From positions 1-43,105 of the IMG/VR virus record IMGVR_UViG_3300037458_000852: a stretch of 43,105 nucleotides of DNA. One strand, given 5' to 3'. This document shows, piece by piece, positions 26,395 to 33,841 of this stretch. The position numbers were made by a program, and so were the translations under genes. Within the stretch, counting starts at the first letter, position 1, and each line of letters begins with the position of its first letter. The DNA comes from a virus (lineage: Duplodnaviria; Caudoviricetes). The notes under the pieces are model-generated. The model made no database searches. It was not told where the DNA came from and was given only the letters and a program-made list of their open reading frames with translations.

Positions 26395-26447
26395 GTCCCT
26401 TCGTCGTTTGTAATTCAATTATAACAGGTACGTGCCTGAGAGTACAC
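26395..26447 (-). promoter_or_regulatory. Cassette 6
   Basis: GTGTAC-18-TATAAT ..AACGACGAAGGGAC. Confidence 0.88.
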
Positions 26448-26500
26448 CCCCGGCCGAGCCCCCTTGGCTTTACGAGGCTCGGACGGGAGTGAGCTGTCAG

Positions 26501-26899
26501 CTACCAGACCTGCGAGTACGTCACGTACCGGACGCCGGCCCAGCACGTCTTCGTGTTCCAGGCGCGAACCTCGAAGTGGACGTACCGGCCCTCGTCCTCG
26601 GAGCCCCAGTACTTCCAGCTGGAGAACGTGACCAGCTTGCTGGTCTTGCCGCGGGGAAGCTCGATGTCCACGTACGCGGTCTCGTCGTCAGGGTTCTCGC
26701 GCATCATGAACAGCCGGATCCGGCCGTCCTCAGTCGCGCCAGTCGGGAGCGAGTACGTGATGTTCATGTACACCGTGAAGTCCAGCCGAGCACTAGTGCG
26801 CGTGGGCTTCCACCGGGAGTCGTCCAACTGCTTGTAGTAGCTGGTCGGGATGACGAACTTGTCGGTGTTCTTGCCCATGAACTCGTAGTTGAGCCCCAT
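26501..26899 (-). CDS. Hypothetical beta-rich protein in lysis cassette
   Basis: AGGA SD; directly follows endolysin. Confidence 0.7.
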   Translation of the reverse strand: MGLNYEFMGKNTDKFVIPTSYYKQLDDSRWKPTRTSARLDFTVYMNITYSLPTGATEDGRIRLFMMRENPDDETAYVDIELPRGKTSKLVTFSSWKYWGSEDEGRYVHFEVRAWNTKTCWAGVRYVTYSQVW

Positions 26900-26914
26900 G
26901 TCTCTGCTTCCTGT

Positions 26915-27604
26915 CTACGCGAGAACGGTCAAGCCGAGGGCCTCGGCCTGCTTCGGCCCGACGAAGCTCTTGCCCTTCGGGTCTGGGTTGAGCTTCATCT
27001 TCTTCTGATGTGCGCGCACCGCATTGTCGGTTACCGGGCCGTAGTAGCCGTCGGGTGCGACCTTCAGCTTGCGCTGCAGGTCCTTCACGTCGGCGTTGCT
27101 CTTGCCGTACTTCAGGTTTGCGATCTTGACGTACACCTTGTGACTGTTGTCTGGGATGTGCTGGCCAGGCAGCGCGAACTTCTTCTGTGCTGGGCGGGGG
27201 TGGGGATCCCTGCGCTTGCTGGCCAGGCCGTTCAACCCGTTGTTGTAGTTGATGACCTGCCGGCGCGCGCCGTACGACAGTCCCGGCGTGTCCTTGACGA
27301 TGCCGTGGATGTGCACGTTCCTGGGCTGGTTCCAGCCGTAGCCAGGTGCCCGGAGCCACGCAGCGACGTTGCGCTTGCGCAGCTCATTCACCAGTCGGAG
27401 CGCCTGGGCTCGGGTCATCCCCCTCACCGAGAGGTCGAACGCACCAGCTCCACCGTGGGTGCCAGCACTCAGAGAGCCTCGTGACCACGATCCCTGCACA
27501 ACCCGGATTGGTACACCGGCCGCCTTTCCGGCGTCGTCCAGGAGGGCCCAGTCGCGTCTCGTGAGGCGCTTCCCGCCTCGCCACACCCGGTCCCATGGGC
27601 CCAT
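26915..27604 (-). CDS. Endolysin: M15/LAS-type Zn peptidase + peptidoglycan-binding domain
   Basis: SAGTHGGAGAFD (H-x6-D)..HIH; VKDLQRKLKVAPDGYYGPVTDNAVRAHQ PG_binding_1-like; next to holin. Confidence 0.85.
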   Translation of the reverse strand: MGPWDRVWRGGKRLTRRDWALLDDAGKAAGVPIRVVQGSWSRGSLSAGTHGGAGAFDLSVRGMTRAQALRLVNELRKRNVAAWLRAPGYGWNQPRNVHIHGIVKDTPGLSYGARRQVINYNNGLNGLASKRRDPHPRPAQKKFALPGQHIPDNSHKVYVKIANLKYGKSNADVKDLQRKLKVAPDGYYGPVTDNAVRAHQKKMKLNPDPKGKSFVGPKQAEALGLTVLA

Positions 27605-28014
27605 CAGTTGAAGACCTCGTCCTCACCCATCGGCTCGCCGGGCTCGAAGTCGTCGTCACCCTTGACGTCGGGCGTCACGTACGCTGCCTTGACCAGGTTG
27701 GTGCTCACGCCGAACACGCCGGCGAGCAGGGTTGCCCACAGCGGTGCCTGCTGCGCGTTCAAGATGTTGTACCCGACCAGCAGCCCGACGATCGCGAGAC
27801 CGACGCCGTACAGGGCAGCTCGGCCGACGGACGTGGTGTTCTTGATCGCGGTCAGGTCGGACAGCGCCCACAGGATCGCGGCGATCAGCCCGGCCCACAG
27901 CGCGGCCTGGTCCTGAGTCAGCAGGCCGTAGCCGACCAGCAGAGCAAGCACAGCTCCGGTGATCCCGTAGAGCCAGGTCCGCCCGTTGGCGTTGAGAAGC
28001 TTGGTGATGTCCAT
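27604..28014 (-). CDS. Holin
   Basis: Four TM segments in two repeats (GRTWLYGI..LLVGYGLL / GRAALYGV..LLVGYNIL); GGAGGG SD. Confidence 0.85.
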   Translation of the reverse strand: MDITKLLNANGRTWLYGITGAVLALLVGYGLLTQDQAALWAGLIAAILWALSDLTAIKNTTSVGRAALYGVGLAIVGLLVGYNILNAQQAPLWATLLAGVFGVSTNLVKAAYVTPDVKGDDDFEPGEPMGEDEVFN

Positions 28015-28084
28015 CGTGCCCTCCATCGTTGTGATGTCGAGCAGATCATCTCACCGAAGCGCAGGTGTCGTGAGAGTTTGTGCA

Positions 28085-28125
28085 GGGAAAAGCAAGAGAG
28101 CGGGCAGCTTTCGCCACCCGCCCTC
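28085..28125 (-). terminator. Intrinsic terminator upstream of lysis genes
   Basis: - strand gagggcgggtggc-gaaa-gctgcccgctctc followed by ttgctttt. Confidence 0.7.
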
Positions 28126-28615
28126 AAGACTGTCTGGCTCTGTGTTTGTCCCAACGCGCTTTACGCGCGCGGTCTCCCGGGTCACCTCTCATTCGTGCTG
28201 AACGTTCTTCGCTAGTTTGCGCAACGTATCCACGCATTCGTCCCTTGCGCACCGCATCCTGGAGATTGTCCTTCTGCGTGCCGATGAACAGATGCTGTGG
28301 GTTGTAGCAGTCTCGGTTGTCGCAGTGATGGCAGACCTGCTCCGGCATCACCACATCACGACCGAAGGTGACGAACGCGACGGCTACGTAGAGCCTCACC
28401 TTCTTGTCCTTCAGCCGACACCCACGCTTCCCGCCACCCAGCCAGCACCCGTTCTCATCCACGTCGAGGATCGGGTAGATCTTCAGCAGATTCTCGAGAG
28501 TGTAGGGGAACCAGCACTGTTGGACGTGTCTGCCCATGGGCGTGCGTCTGGTCCGGTAGCCACACCCGTTCGGGCATTCGACTACCGGACCAGTTCCTTG
28601 GATCCCATCTGTCAT
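28124..28615 (-). CDS. HNH endonuclease
   Basis: [32 protein letters not shown]; N-terminal CPNGC..H..C finger. Confidence 0.88.
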   Translation of the reverse strand: MTDGIQGTGPVVECPNGCGYRTRRTPMGRHVQQCWFPYTLENLLKIYPILDVDENGCWLGGGKRGCRLKDKKVRLYVAVAFVTFGRDVVMPEQVCHHCDNRDCYNPQHLFIGTQKDNLQDAVRKGRMRGYVAQTSEERSARMRGDPGDRARKARWDKHRARQS

Positions 28616-29140
28616 TCAGATCTTCCCTGCGCACACAGGGCCGATGCCATCAGCAATCGACCTCTCGTCAGTTAGAGTGCGACCACAACGCACACAAGTT
28701 CCGTACAACGCTCCCCAGGCTTTCGCCTCCTCGAGCGTCATCTTCTGCTCGGGCATGAGCCCACGCAGCGCGCCCGGCGCGTAGATGAACTCGGCGTTCC
28801 CGCCGAACTCAGCCGGCGGCACCAGCTTCTTCGCGTACACGTGGCCGGAGCCGTGGACCGCCTTCTGCACCTTGTAGATCGTCCCGTCAGCGGTCTTGTA
28901 CATTCCCGGGTCCAGCTCGACGCGCCCGGGCCGGGGAAGCGCCTCTGCGCGCTTCGCGTTCCGCTTGGCGATCAGCTCGTCGATCACGCCGGACACCAGC
29001 ATCCGGGTCTGCAGTGCGCCGTCCTCGTGCAGCTTGACGATGAACTGGTTGGCCAGGTCGTCCGAGCCCAGGATCTCCGAGGCCAGGCTCTTGATGAAGC
29101 TGAGCTGCTTCTCGGTGGCTGCCAAGATGGTCATGTTCAT
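28616..29140 (-). CDS. DUF6011-like zinc-ribbon protein
   Basis: N-terminal ATEKQLSFIKSL; C-terminal CVRCGRTLTDERSIADGIGPVC. Confidence 0.75.
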   Translation of the reverse strand: MNMTILAATEKQLSFIKSLASEILGSDDLANQFIVKLHEDGALQTRMLVSGVIDELIAKRNAKRAEALPRPGRVELDPGMYKTADGTIYKVQKAVHGSGHVYAKKLVPPAEFGGNAEFIYAPGALRGLMPEQKMTLEEAKAWGALYGTCVRCGRTLTDERSIADGIGPVCAGKI

Positions 29141-29144
29141 TTCG

Positions 29145-29184
29145 TGTCCCTTCGTCGTTGGCTTGATGGTATCATTATATCAGG
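29145..29184 (-). promoter_or_regulatory. Cassette 7
   Basis: CCTGATATAATG..AACGACGAAGGGACA. Confidence 0.88.
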
Positions 29185-29351
29185 AGGCCCCGACAAAGCG
29201 AACACACCCAGCGGCCAGCTTCAGTCTTCACCCAGCCAAGGTACCGAGCCTCATGCTCAGCCAGCTCGAGGGTGGCGAAGGACTTCCTCACGCAGGCGAA
29301 TCCCTCGGCCCACAGGTCCAGGCCACACCCCCCGCACGAAAGTGTGACCAC
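29175..29351 (-). CDS. Zinc-ribbon protein (58 aa)
   Basis: GGAGG SD; MVTLSCGGC..AEHEARYLGW..WVCSLCRGLLI; stop TAA lies in TATAAT of cassette 7. Confidence 0.7.
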   Translation of the reverse strand: MVTLSCGGCGLDLWAEGFACVRKSFATLELAEHEARYLGWVKTEAGRWVCSLCRGLLI

Positions 29352-29406
29352 GCTCGCCTCCCCAGCCGTTTCAATGGTACGGCCGGGGAGGAGAGAACTC
29401 GAGCGA

Positions 29407-29616
29407 TCAGGCGAGCGCGGGATCGTCCACGTCGACCATGAAATACTCGACCACGTCCATGAGGTCGCTGCCCTCGATGTCCGCGCCGTCTGGAGTAGTC
29501 TCCAGACGACGCAGGTAGCCCAGGTGGTCGAACCCGTTCTGGTACGGGTCGGCGAGCGCGTACGTGAGCACCATCTTGAGCTCGGTCCGCAGCGCGGGGG
29601 TGAGGGTGACTGCCAT
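29407..29616 (-). CDS. Hypothetical protein
   Basis: 69 aa after cassette 8. Confidence 0.75.
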   Translation of the reverse strand: MAVTLTPALRTELKMVLTYALADPYQNGFDHLGYLRRLETTPDGADIEGSDLMDVVEYFMVDVDDPALA

Positions 29617-29620
29617 GTTC

Positions 29621-29687
29621 GTCCCTTTCGTCGTTGGTGGTTCCTTGCCTTGGTATCATTATATCAAGTTCTGGCCGGACATGACAA
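29621..29687 (-). promoter_or_regulatory. Cassette 8
   Basis: TTGTCA-18-TATAAT ..AACGACGAAAGGGAC. Confidence 0.88.
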
Positions 29688-29712
29688 TGCCCCGGCCGTT
29701 TGGCCGGGGCAT
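29687..29712 (-). terminator. Hairpin abutting the -35 of cassette 8
   Basis: atgccccggcc-gttt-ggccggggcat perfect stem. Confidence 0.7.
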
Positions 29713-29717
29713 GTTTG

Positions 29718-29996
29718 TCAGCGGCATTCTCCTGCGTGGACGAGCCAGCAGGCTGCGCAGGCGGTCGGGCCAGTGTGGGCTTGGACGGCTGCGCGGGGCT
29801 GGGCAATGCCCAGAACCTGTGAGCGGGTCGAGACGGCGTAGTAGGTGCGGCCGAGTCGGCGGGCGATTTCGGCGATTGAGAGGCCGTGCGAGCGAAGCTG
29901 GATGAGCAGGCTGTCGTCGCGGGAGGTCCACTCATCGGCGTGATGGTTGGCGGCGGGCAGAGTTGCGGCTTGCTGAACGAGCTGCCAGGTATTCAC
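29718..29996 (-). CDS. HTH protein with C-terminal Cys/His motif
   Basis: WTSRDDSLL..GLSIAEIARRLGRTYYAVSTR; CAACWLVHAGEC. Confidence 0.75.
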   Translation of the reverse strand: MNTWQLVQQAATLPAANHHADEWTSRDDSLLIQLRSHGLSIAEIARRLGRTYYAVSTRSQVLGIAQPRAAVQAHTGPTACAACWLVHAGECR

Positions 29997-30002
29997 CTGA
30001 GT

Positions 30003-30128
30003 TGTCCCTTCGTCGTTTTTCTCGAAACTCGAACTCGAATCTCGAGCTTTCGCTTTTTCTTGCTCTCTGTTTTTTTATCAAGCTGCGTTGTTAGTTCTAT
30101 TATAACAGGTGCACTCAAGCTTGTACAG
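30003..30128 (-). promoter_or_regulatory. Cassette 9 (long A-rich leader)
   Basis: CTGTAC-18-TATAAT, ~100-nt leader, AACGACGAAGGGACA. Confidence 0.85.
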
Positions 30129-30139
30129 CCCTCGGGCAT

Positions 30140-30190
30140 GCAGAACCCCGCCGGGGACGAAAGGGACAGTAACGACCCGGCGGGGTCTGC
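30140..30190 (-). terminator. Hairpin whose loop is antisense to the cassette RBS motif
   Basis: gcagaaccccgccggg [gacgaaagggacagtaacga] cccggcggggtctgc. Confidence 0.7.
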
Positions 30191-30209
30191 GGTCAGGGGA
30201 GCGCGATCG

Positions 30210-30470
30210 TCAGAAGGCGCCGATCTCACTGGAGAATGCGTCGAGGTCCATAGCAGCCTGGGCGATCTCGGTAGCCTTGTTGTAGAACTCACGGGAGTTC
30301 TCCAGCACCGCGACGAACTCAGTTGCGCCGCTCTTGATCTCGACCTGCGCCTTCTCGCACCACATCCCACTCAGCTCGACCAGCTCGCTCGCGACTGCGA
30401 CAAGCAGGTCGGTGAGTTGATCTTCGCGGAGCGTCTCCACCAGCTCCTGGACGTCGATAAGCTCTTGCAT
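30210..30470 (-). CDS. Acidic helical hypothetical protein
   Basis: 86 aa after cassette 10. Confidence 0.75.
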   Translation of the reverse strand: MQELIDVQELVETLREDQLTDLLVAVASELVELSGMWCEKAQVEIKSGATEFVAVLENSREFYNKATEIAQAAMDLDAFSSEIGAF

Positions 30471-30475
30471 GATTG

Positions 30476-30514
30476 TGTCCTTTCGTCGTTTCCCCGTAGT
30501 TCGATTATATCAGG
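30476..30514 (-). promoter_or_regulatory. Cassette 10
   Basis: CCTGATATAAT..AACGACGAAAGGACA. Confidence 0.88.
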
Positions 30515-30761
30515 ATTCCACGATGTAGTCGACCATGGAGTCGGAGTAGATCGCGTAGGTGCGGTCGTAGTAGTTGGCGATGACCTTGAGCGGCAGGTGC
30601 TTCTCGCAGGTGAGCCGGATGACCGGCCAGTCGCCCATCTTCTCGACCGGCTCGAGCTCGCGAGCGTCGACCTTGACGTCGAAGTCGCGGAGTCCGAACG
30701 ATTCGATCGCTGACTCGACGTCAACCTGCGCCGGATCGATCTCGAGGTCTAGAGTGAACAT
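30510..30761 (-). CDS. Hypothetical protein
   Basis: 83 aa; GDWPVIRL; stop TGA is the CCTGA of cassette 10. Confidence 0.75.
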   Translation of the reverse strand: MFTLDLEIDPAQVDVESAIESFGLRDFDVKVDARELEPVEKMGDWPVIRLTCEKHLPLKVIANYYDRTYAIYSDSMVDYIVES

Positions 30762-30765
30762 TTCG

Positions 30766-30807
30766 TGTCCCTTCGTCGTTTTGTCCTTGTAGTATCATTA
30801 TATCAGG
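30766..30807 (-). promoter_or_regulatory. Cassette 11
   Basis: CCTGATATAATG..AACGACGAAGGGACA. Confidence 0.88.
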
Positions 30808-30925
30808 TATCTTGGCGCTTGAACACCTCTCTCATGTGCCCGAGCACCGCGCTGAAGCCAGTCACCGTGAGGATGAACACTCCAACTGCGATGATCCCGA
30901 GCCAGAACTTCTCCTCGCCGGTCAC
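30803..30925 (-). CDS. Small membrane protein (40 aa)
   Basis: MTGEEKFWLGIIAVGVFILTVTGFSAVLGHMREVFKRQDT; GTGA overlap; stop in cassette 11. Confidence 0.6.
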   Translation of the reverse strand: MTGEEKFWLGIIAVGVFILTVTGFSAVLGHMREVFKRQDT

Positions 30926-31155
30926 GCGGTCTCCTCGTAGGCCAGGCACCACCGTAGGTGCGTCAAGATCACTCGCGCGCTCCCGTCACGGCGGATGAGC
31001 AGCGTCTTCAGAAGTGCGATCACCTCATCGGGGATCTCGCCGACGACTGTGCGGTAGATGCTCAAAAGCTCTGTGCTCTCATGCAGCTCATCCAGCGTGA
31101 GCCGCTCCTCGCTCGACCACAGGGGCATCATCGGCGGCTGGTTGTCGTCGGACAT
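30922..31155 (-). CDS. Hypothetical protein
   Basis: GAGGA SD before MSDDNQ; start uncertain. Confidence 0.55.
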   Translation of the reverse strand: MSDDNQPPMMPLWSSEERLTLDELHESTELLSIYRTVVGEIPDEVIALLKTLLIRRDGSARVILTHLRWCLAYEETA

Positions 31156-31300
31156 CGGGTTCCTCACGTTGTGGTGTTTTGTCCATCCTAGGTCCATCAT
31201 TGCACCCCATTGAGCACGGGATGTGATGACCCAGCTGGTCACCCTCGACGCAGAAGCAGTGTTCGCAGCATGGGAACAGCGTGTCCGGTCCGTCACTCAT
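31088..31300 (-). CDS. Cys-rich metal-binding peptide
   Basis: FPCCEHCFC..GHHIPCSMGCND, same module as the tail of 18504..18929; overlaps next gene by 68 nt. Confidence 0.55.
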   Translation of the reverse strand: MSDGPDTLFPCCEHCFCVEGDQLGHHIPCSMGCNDGPRMDKTPQREEPDVRRQPAADDAPVVERGAAHAG

Positions 31301-31403
31301 CACTCTCACCTCTCATCGTCAGGTCGTCTAGCACTCCCATCACGCGAACCGCGACGGTGAGGAATCCGATGACCACGACAGCGAGCGCCTTCTTGAAGAT
31401 CAT
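31293..31403 (-). CDS. Small membrane peptide (36 aa)
   Basis: MIFKKALAVVVIGFLTVAVRVMGVLDD... Confidence 0.5.
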   Translation of the reverse strand: MIFKKALAVVVIGFLTVAVRVMGVLDDLTMRGESDE

Positions 31404-31408
31404 GGCGT

Positions 31409-31582
31409 TCACTGTACTCTGCTCTTGAGTGCCCAGTGGGAGTAGTACTTGTCCCACGACTCACCGGTGCTCTGCCCCGTGAAGCGCTGGCCGCAGTTGC
31501 ACGTCACAACACCCCTCTCAGCTCGAGCGACCCCGTGTGGGTCGAGTTGCTCAGCGGTGCGCGACGCGCGTTTCCGAGTCAT
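31409..31582 (-). CDS. Hypothetical protein (57 aa, CNC..H)
   Basis: ATGA overlap; read manually. Confidence 0.55.
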   Translation of the reverse strand: MTRKRASRTAEQLDPHGVARAERGVVTCNCGQRFTGQSTGESWDKYYSHWALKSRVQ

Positions 31583-31812
31583 CTAGGCACCTCTCCCCAG
31601 CGCTTGACGAGAGTGACGACGCTGTCGTCAGGGTAGATACGCACCCTAGTGCTGTTCCACAAGACGTAGAAGACTGCGCCAGGAGCGATCTCGCGTAGCT
31701 CGAGATACGTCTCGAGTGCGACTGGGATGAAGTTGGAGATCGTGCCGTACCACGAGTCCGGCTTGATCGTGAACTCGACGGAGACGCAGACCTTGTCTGC
31801 CGTAGCAACCAT
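31579..31812 (-). CDS. Hypothetical protein
   Basis: GGAGGT SD; 77 aa. Confidence 0.6.
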   Translation of the reverse strand: MVATADKVCVSVEFTIKPDSWYGTISNFIPVALETYLELREIAPGAVFYVLWNSTRVRIYPDDSVVTLVKRWGEVPR

Positions 31813-32066
31813 CACTTCACCTCCAGCGCGTCTTGAAGATCTAGGTCGTAGACGAACACCGTCTCGCCCTTGACGGTGACGTAGAGCGACGCGGCGTTGC
31901 CGTAGCACATCGCGTACACGCGGCGGAAGCGCTCCGTCGGGCTGTCGCTGTACAGGCGGACCCAGTAGCGAGTCGGGATCTTGGCGCCGTAGCCGCTGGC
32001 GGTCCGGCCGTACGCTGGAGCGCTGTCGTCAGCCTTCGCGGCTCGGACGGTGTCGTAGGTCACCAT
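31812..32066 (-). CDS. Conserved-looking phage hypothetical protein
   Basis: SGYGAKIPTRYWVRL..RRVYAMCYGNAASLYV. Confidence 0.75.
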   Translation of the reverse strand: MVTYDTVRAAKADDSAPAYGRTASGYGAKIPTRYWVRLYSDSPTERFRRVYAMCYGNAASLYVTVKGETVFVYDLDLQDALEVK

Positions 32067-32230
32067 CACTCCGTCTCCTTTGGGTAGCCCATGAGGTCGA
32101 GCAGGTTGTTGAACCGCTCTCTGGAGCTTGTCATGGCTTCGTCGACAGCTGCCATGTCGCCGGCAAGTGCCGCGTCGGCAGCTGCGTCAAGCCCGTCGTT
32201 GATCGCGTTCCACTCGTCCATGATGCTCAT
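32066..32230 (-). CDS. Hypothetical protein (54 aa)
   Basis: MSIMDEWNAIN...; TGATG coupling. Confidence 0.65.
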   Translation of the reverse strand: MSIMDEWNAINDGLDAAADAALAGDMAAVDEAMTSSRERFNNLLDLMGYPKETE

Positions 32231-32403
32231 CACTTCCACCCCTCTGCGATCCAGGCGCGACGCGCAGCGTTGCGAGCGCGCTTGCGCTTCACGCCCACGC
32301 GCTTCGCGTTGGCGTGACGCTGAGCCGCGGCGCTGCGCCGGAGCTCCTGCGTGCGGCGGATCTGCTCTGGCGAGGCAGCCACCGCGATGACCGTGATGCT
32401 CAT
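32230..32403 (-). CDS. Arg-rich basic protein (57 aa)
   Basis: MSITVIAVAASPEQIRRTQELRRSAAAQRHANAKRVGVKRKRARNAARRAWIAEGWK after cassette 12. Confidence 0.7.
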   Translation of the reverse strand: MSITVIAVAASPEQIRRTQELRRSAAAQRHANAKRVGVKRKRARNAARRAWIAEGWK

Positions 32404-32407
32404 GATG

Positions 32408-32446
32408 TGTCCCTTCGTCGTTTGTTGACATGTTCATTATATCAGG
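32408..32446 (-). promoter_or_regulatory. Cassette 12
   Basis: CCTGATATAATG..AACGACGAAGGGACA; hairpin ~32450-32477 covers the spacer/-35. Confidence 0.88.
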
Positions 32447-32487
32447 ATGGACGGGCCGCGCGTTCGGCGGCCCGCCCTCCTGGCTGA

Positions 32488-32742
32488 TCAGCCTTGCGCG
32501 TCCATGACCCAGCTGAACAGTGCGTCGCGCAGTCCCTCGTAGTCGCGGAATGACCCGTCCATGTCGAGGCGGCTGGTCGTCCAGTTCTCAGCGGCGGCGA
32601 GGACGTCGGAGTCGGTGAGGATGGGCAGCTCCTCCTGGAGCTCCTCCATGAGGTCCATGTTCCGCTCGGCGGCCATCTTGAGCTCGGTCGCGGCGAGCAT
32701 GAACCGATCCATCGGGGCCAGCGGGGTGGGCTTGGTCTGCAT
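32488..32742 (-). CDS. Hypothetical protein
   Basis: 84 aa after cassette 13. Confidence 0.75.
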   Translation of the reverse strand: MQTKPTPLAPMDRFMLAATELKMAAERNMDLMEELQEELPILTDSDVLAAAENWTTSRLDMDGSFRDYEGLRDALFSWVMDAQG

Positions 32743-32746
32743 GATG

Positions 32747-32794
32747 TGTCCCTTCGTCGTTGGTTTCCTTGCCTTGTAGTTCTATTATAACAGG
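32747..32794 (-). promoter_or_regulatory. Cassette 13
   Basis: CCTGTTATAAT..AACGACGAAGGGACA; hairpin agggccgcagg/cctgcggccct 32796-32826. Confidence 0.88.
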
Positions 32795-32832
32795 CAGGGC
32801 CGCAGGATGTAACCCCCTGCGGCCCTACTTGC

Positions 32833-33084
32833 TCAGCTTTCTTCGATCAGCTCGTCCTTGGCCCACTCAGCCTGCTCGAGATCGTCTGACCAGTAGCGGT
32901 CCACGACTGTCTCGAGGTCCTTCCGACTGTCCGAGGCAAACCGCACCAGCGGCCACCCGCCCCCGGGGCCCTGCATCGTCACGACTGACGGGACCACCCG
33001 CAACCCGCGGGTCAGCTCGTCCACGCCCTGCTTGAATGGAAACTCATCATCGAATGCGATGTCCAGCTGGATTGAGTACCTCAT
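32833..33084 (-). CDS. Hypothetical protein
   Basis: 83 aa; GPGGGWPLVRF. Confidence 0.75.
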   Translation of the reverse strand: MRYSIQLDIAFDDEFPFKQGVDELTRGLRVVPSVVTMQGPGGGWPLVRFASDSRKDLETVVDRYWSDDLEQAEWAKDELIEES

Positions 33085-33089
33085 CGTTC

Positions 33090-33154
33090 GTCCCTTCGTC
33101 CAGGCTCCCTGCCTGATAGATTCATTATATCAGGCAGGGAGCCTCGGAGTACAC
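33090..33154 (-). promoter_or_regulatory. Cassette 14 (-10 inside a 17-bp inverted repeat)
   Basis: aggctccctgcctgata-gattcatta-tatcaggcagggagcct. Confidence 0.88.
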
Positions 33155-33514
33155 TCAGCGGATCAGCTTTCCGTCCCGCGCCTCGCGGAACATCCGGCCC
33201 ATCGCGCGGAGGTCGAGCTGCATGTCGCGCCACGTGTAGTCGGGGTACTTGGCCTGCACAGCCTCGAGCGCACGCTGGCCAACGATCTCGAGCAGCGAGG
33301 CCTTGTTGAAGCCGTAGGAGCGCTTCGGGTAGAAGTTCAGCCCAGCCATGGGGTTGCCCTCCGAGCCCACCACCATGGAGGCTGCCTTGCACGGACGCTC
33401 CCAGTGGTCGTACGGGTAGCTGTTCTCCCACTGGCCGTCGCTGACCTGGCCGCTCATCTCCTCGTCCCAGAGGATCTTCTGCTGCTGGTTCTCCCAGACG
33501 ATCTTGTCGTACAT
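33155..33514 (-). CDS. Conserved-looking phage hypothetical protein
   Basis: LWDEEMSGQVSDGQWENSYPYDHW. Confidence 0.8.
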   Translation of the reverse strand: MYDKIVWENQQQKILWDEEMSGQVSDGQWENSYPYDHWERPCKAASMVVGSEGNPMAGLNFYPKRSYGFNKASLLEIVGQRALEAVQAKYPDYTWRDMQLDLRAMGRMFREARDGKLIR

Positions 33515-33518
33515 CTTC

Positions 33519-33575
33519 TGTCCTTTCGTCGTTTCCCCGTTAGAATCATTATATCAGGATTGAAGCATGAGGCAA
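33519..33575 (-). promoter_or_regulatory. Cassette 15
   Basis: TTGCCT..CCTGATATAATG..AACGACGAAAGGACA. Confidence 0.88.
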
Positions 33576-33597
33576 CCCCGGGGCCGAAGCCCCGGGG
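33576..33597 (-). terminator. UUCG hairpin abutting cassette 15
   Basis: ccccggggc-cgaa-gccccgggg. Confidence 0.7.
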
Positions 33598-33604
33598 CTC
33601 GGGC

Positions 33605-33775
33605 TCAGCACCAGCGGAACCCGTTCCAATGCATCTTGACCAGCTTCCCGAACCGGCAGTACGGGCAGGTCATGCTATGCCCGTTTCCGATCGAGATCCC
33701 GTCCTTCTTCGTGAACCCCGCGTGTCCGCAGTGCCCGCAGGAGTACTGGACTGGGTAGCGCTTCCGAGCGTCCAT
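33605..33775 (-). CDS. Zinc-ribbon protein (56 aa)
   Basis: YSCGHCG..MTCPYC; after cassette 16. Confidence 0.75.
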   Translation of the reverse strand: MDARKRYPVQYSCGHCGHAGFTKKDGISIGNGHSMTCPYCRFGKLVKMHWNGFRWC

Positions 33776-33780
33776 CTTCG

Positions 33781-33841
33781 TGTCCCTTCGTCGTTTCCGT
33801 GCCTTGGTATCATTATATCAGGCATCGCTCCGGATGTACAC
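33781..33841 (-). promoter_or_regulatory. Cassette 16
   Basis: GTGTAC-18-TATAAT..AACGACGAAGGGACA. Confidence 0.88.

Noticed and set aside
21428-32403. Five small genes of exactly 174 nt (21428, 22716, 26217, 31409, 32230)
   Set aside because: They share no sequence similarity, were hand-picked from just under the track's 60-aa cut-off, and some starts are uncertain; probably ascertainment bias.
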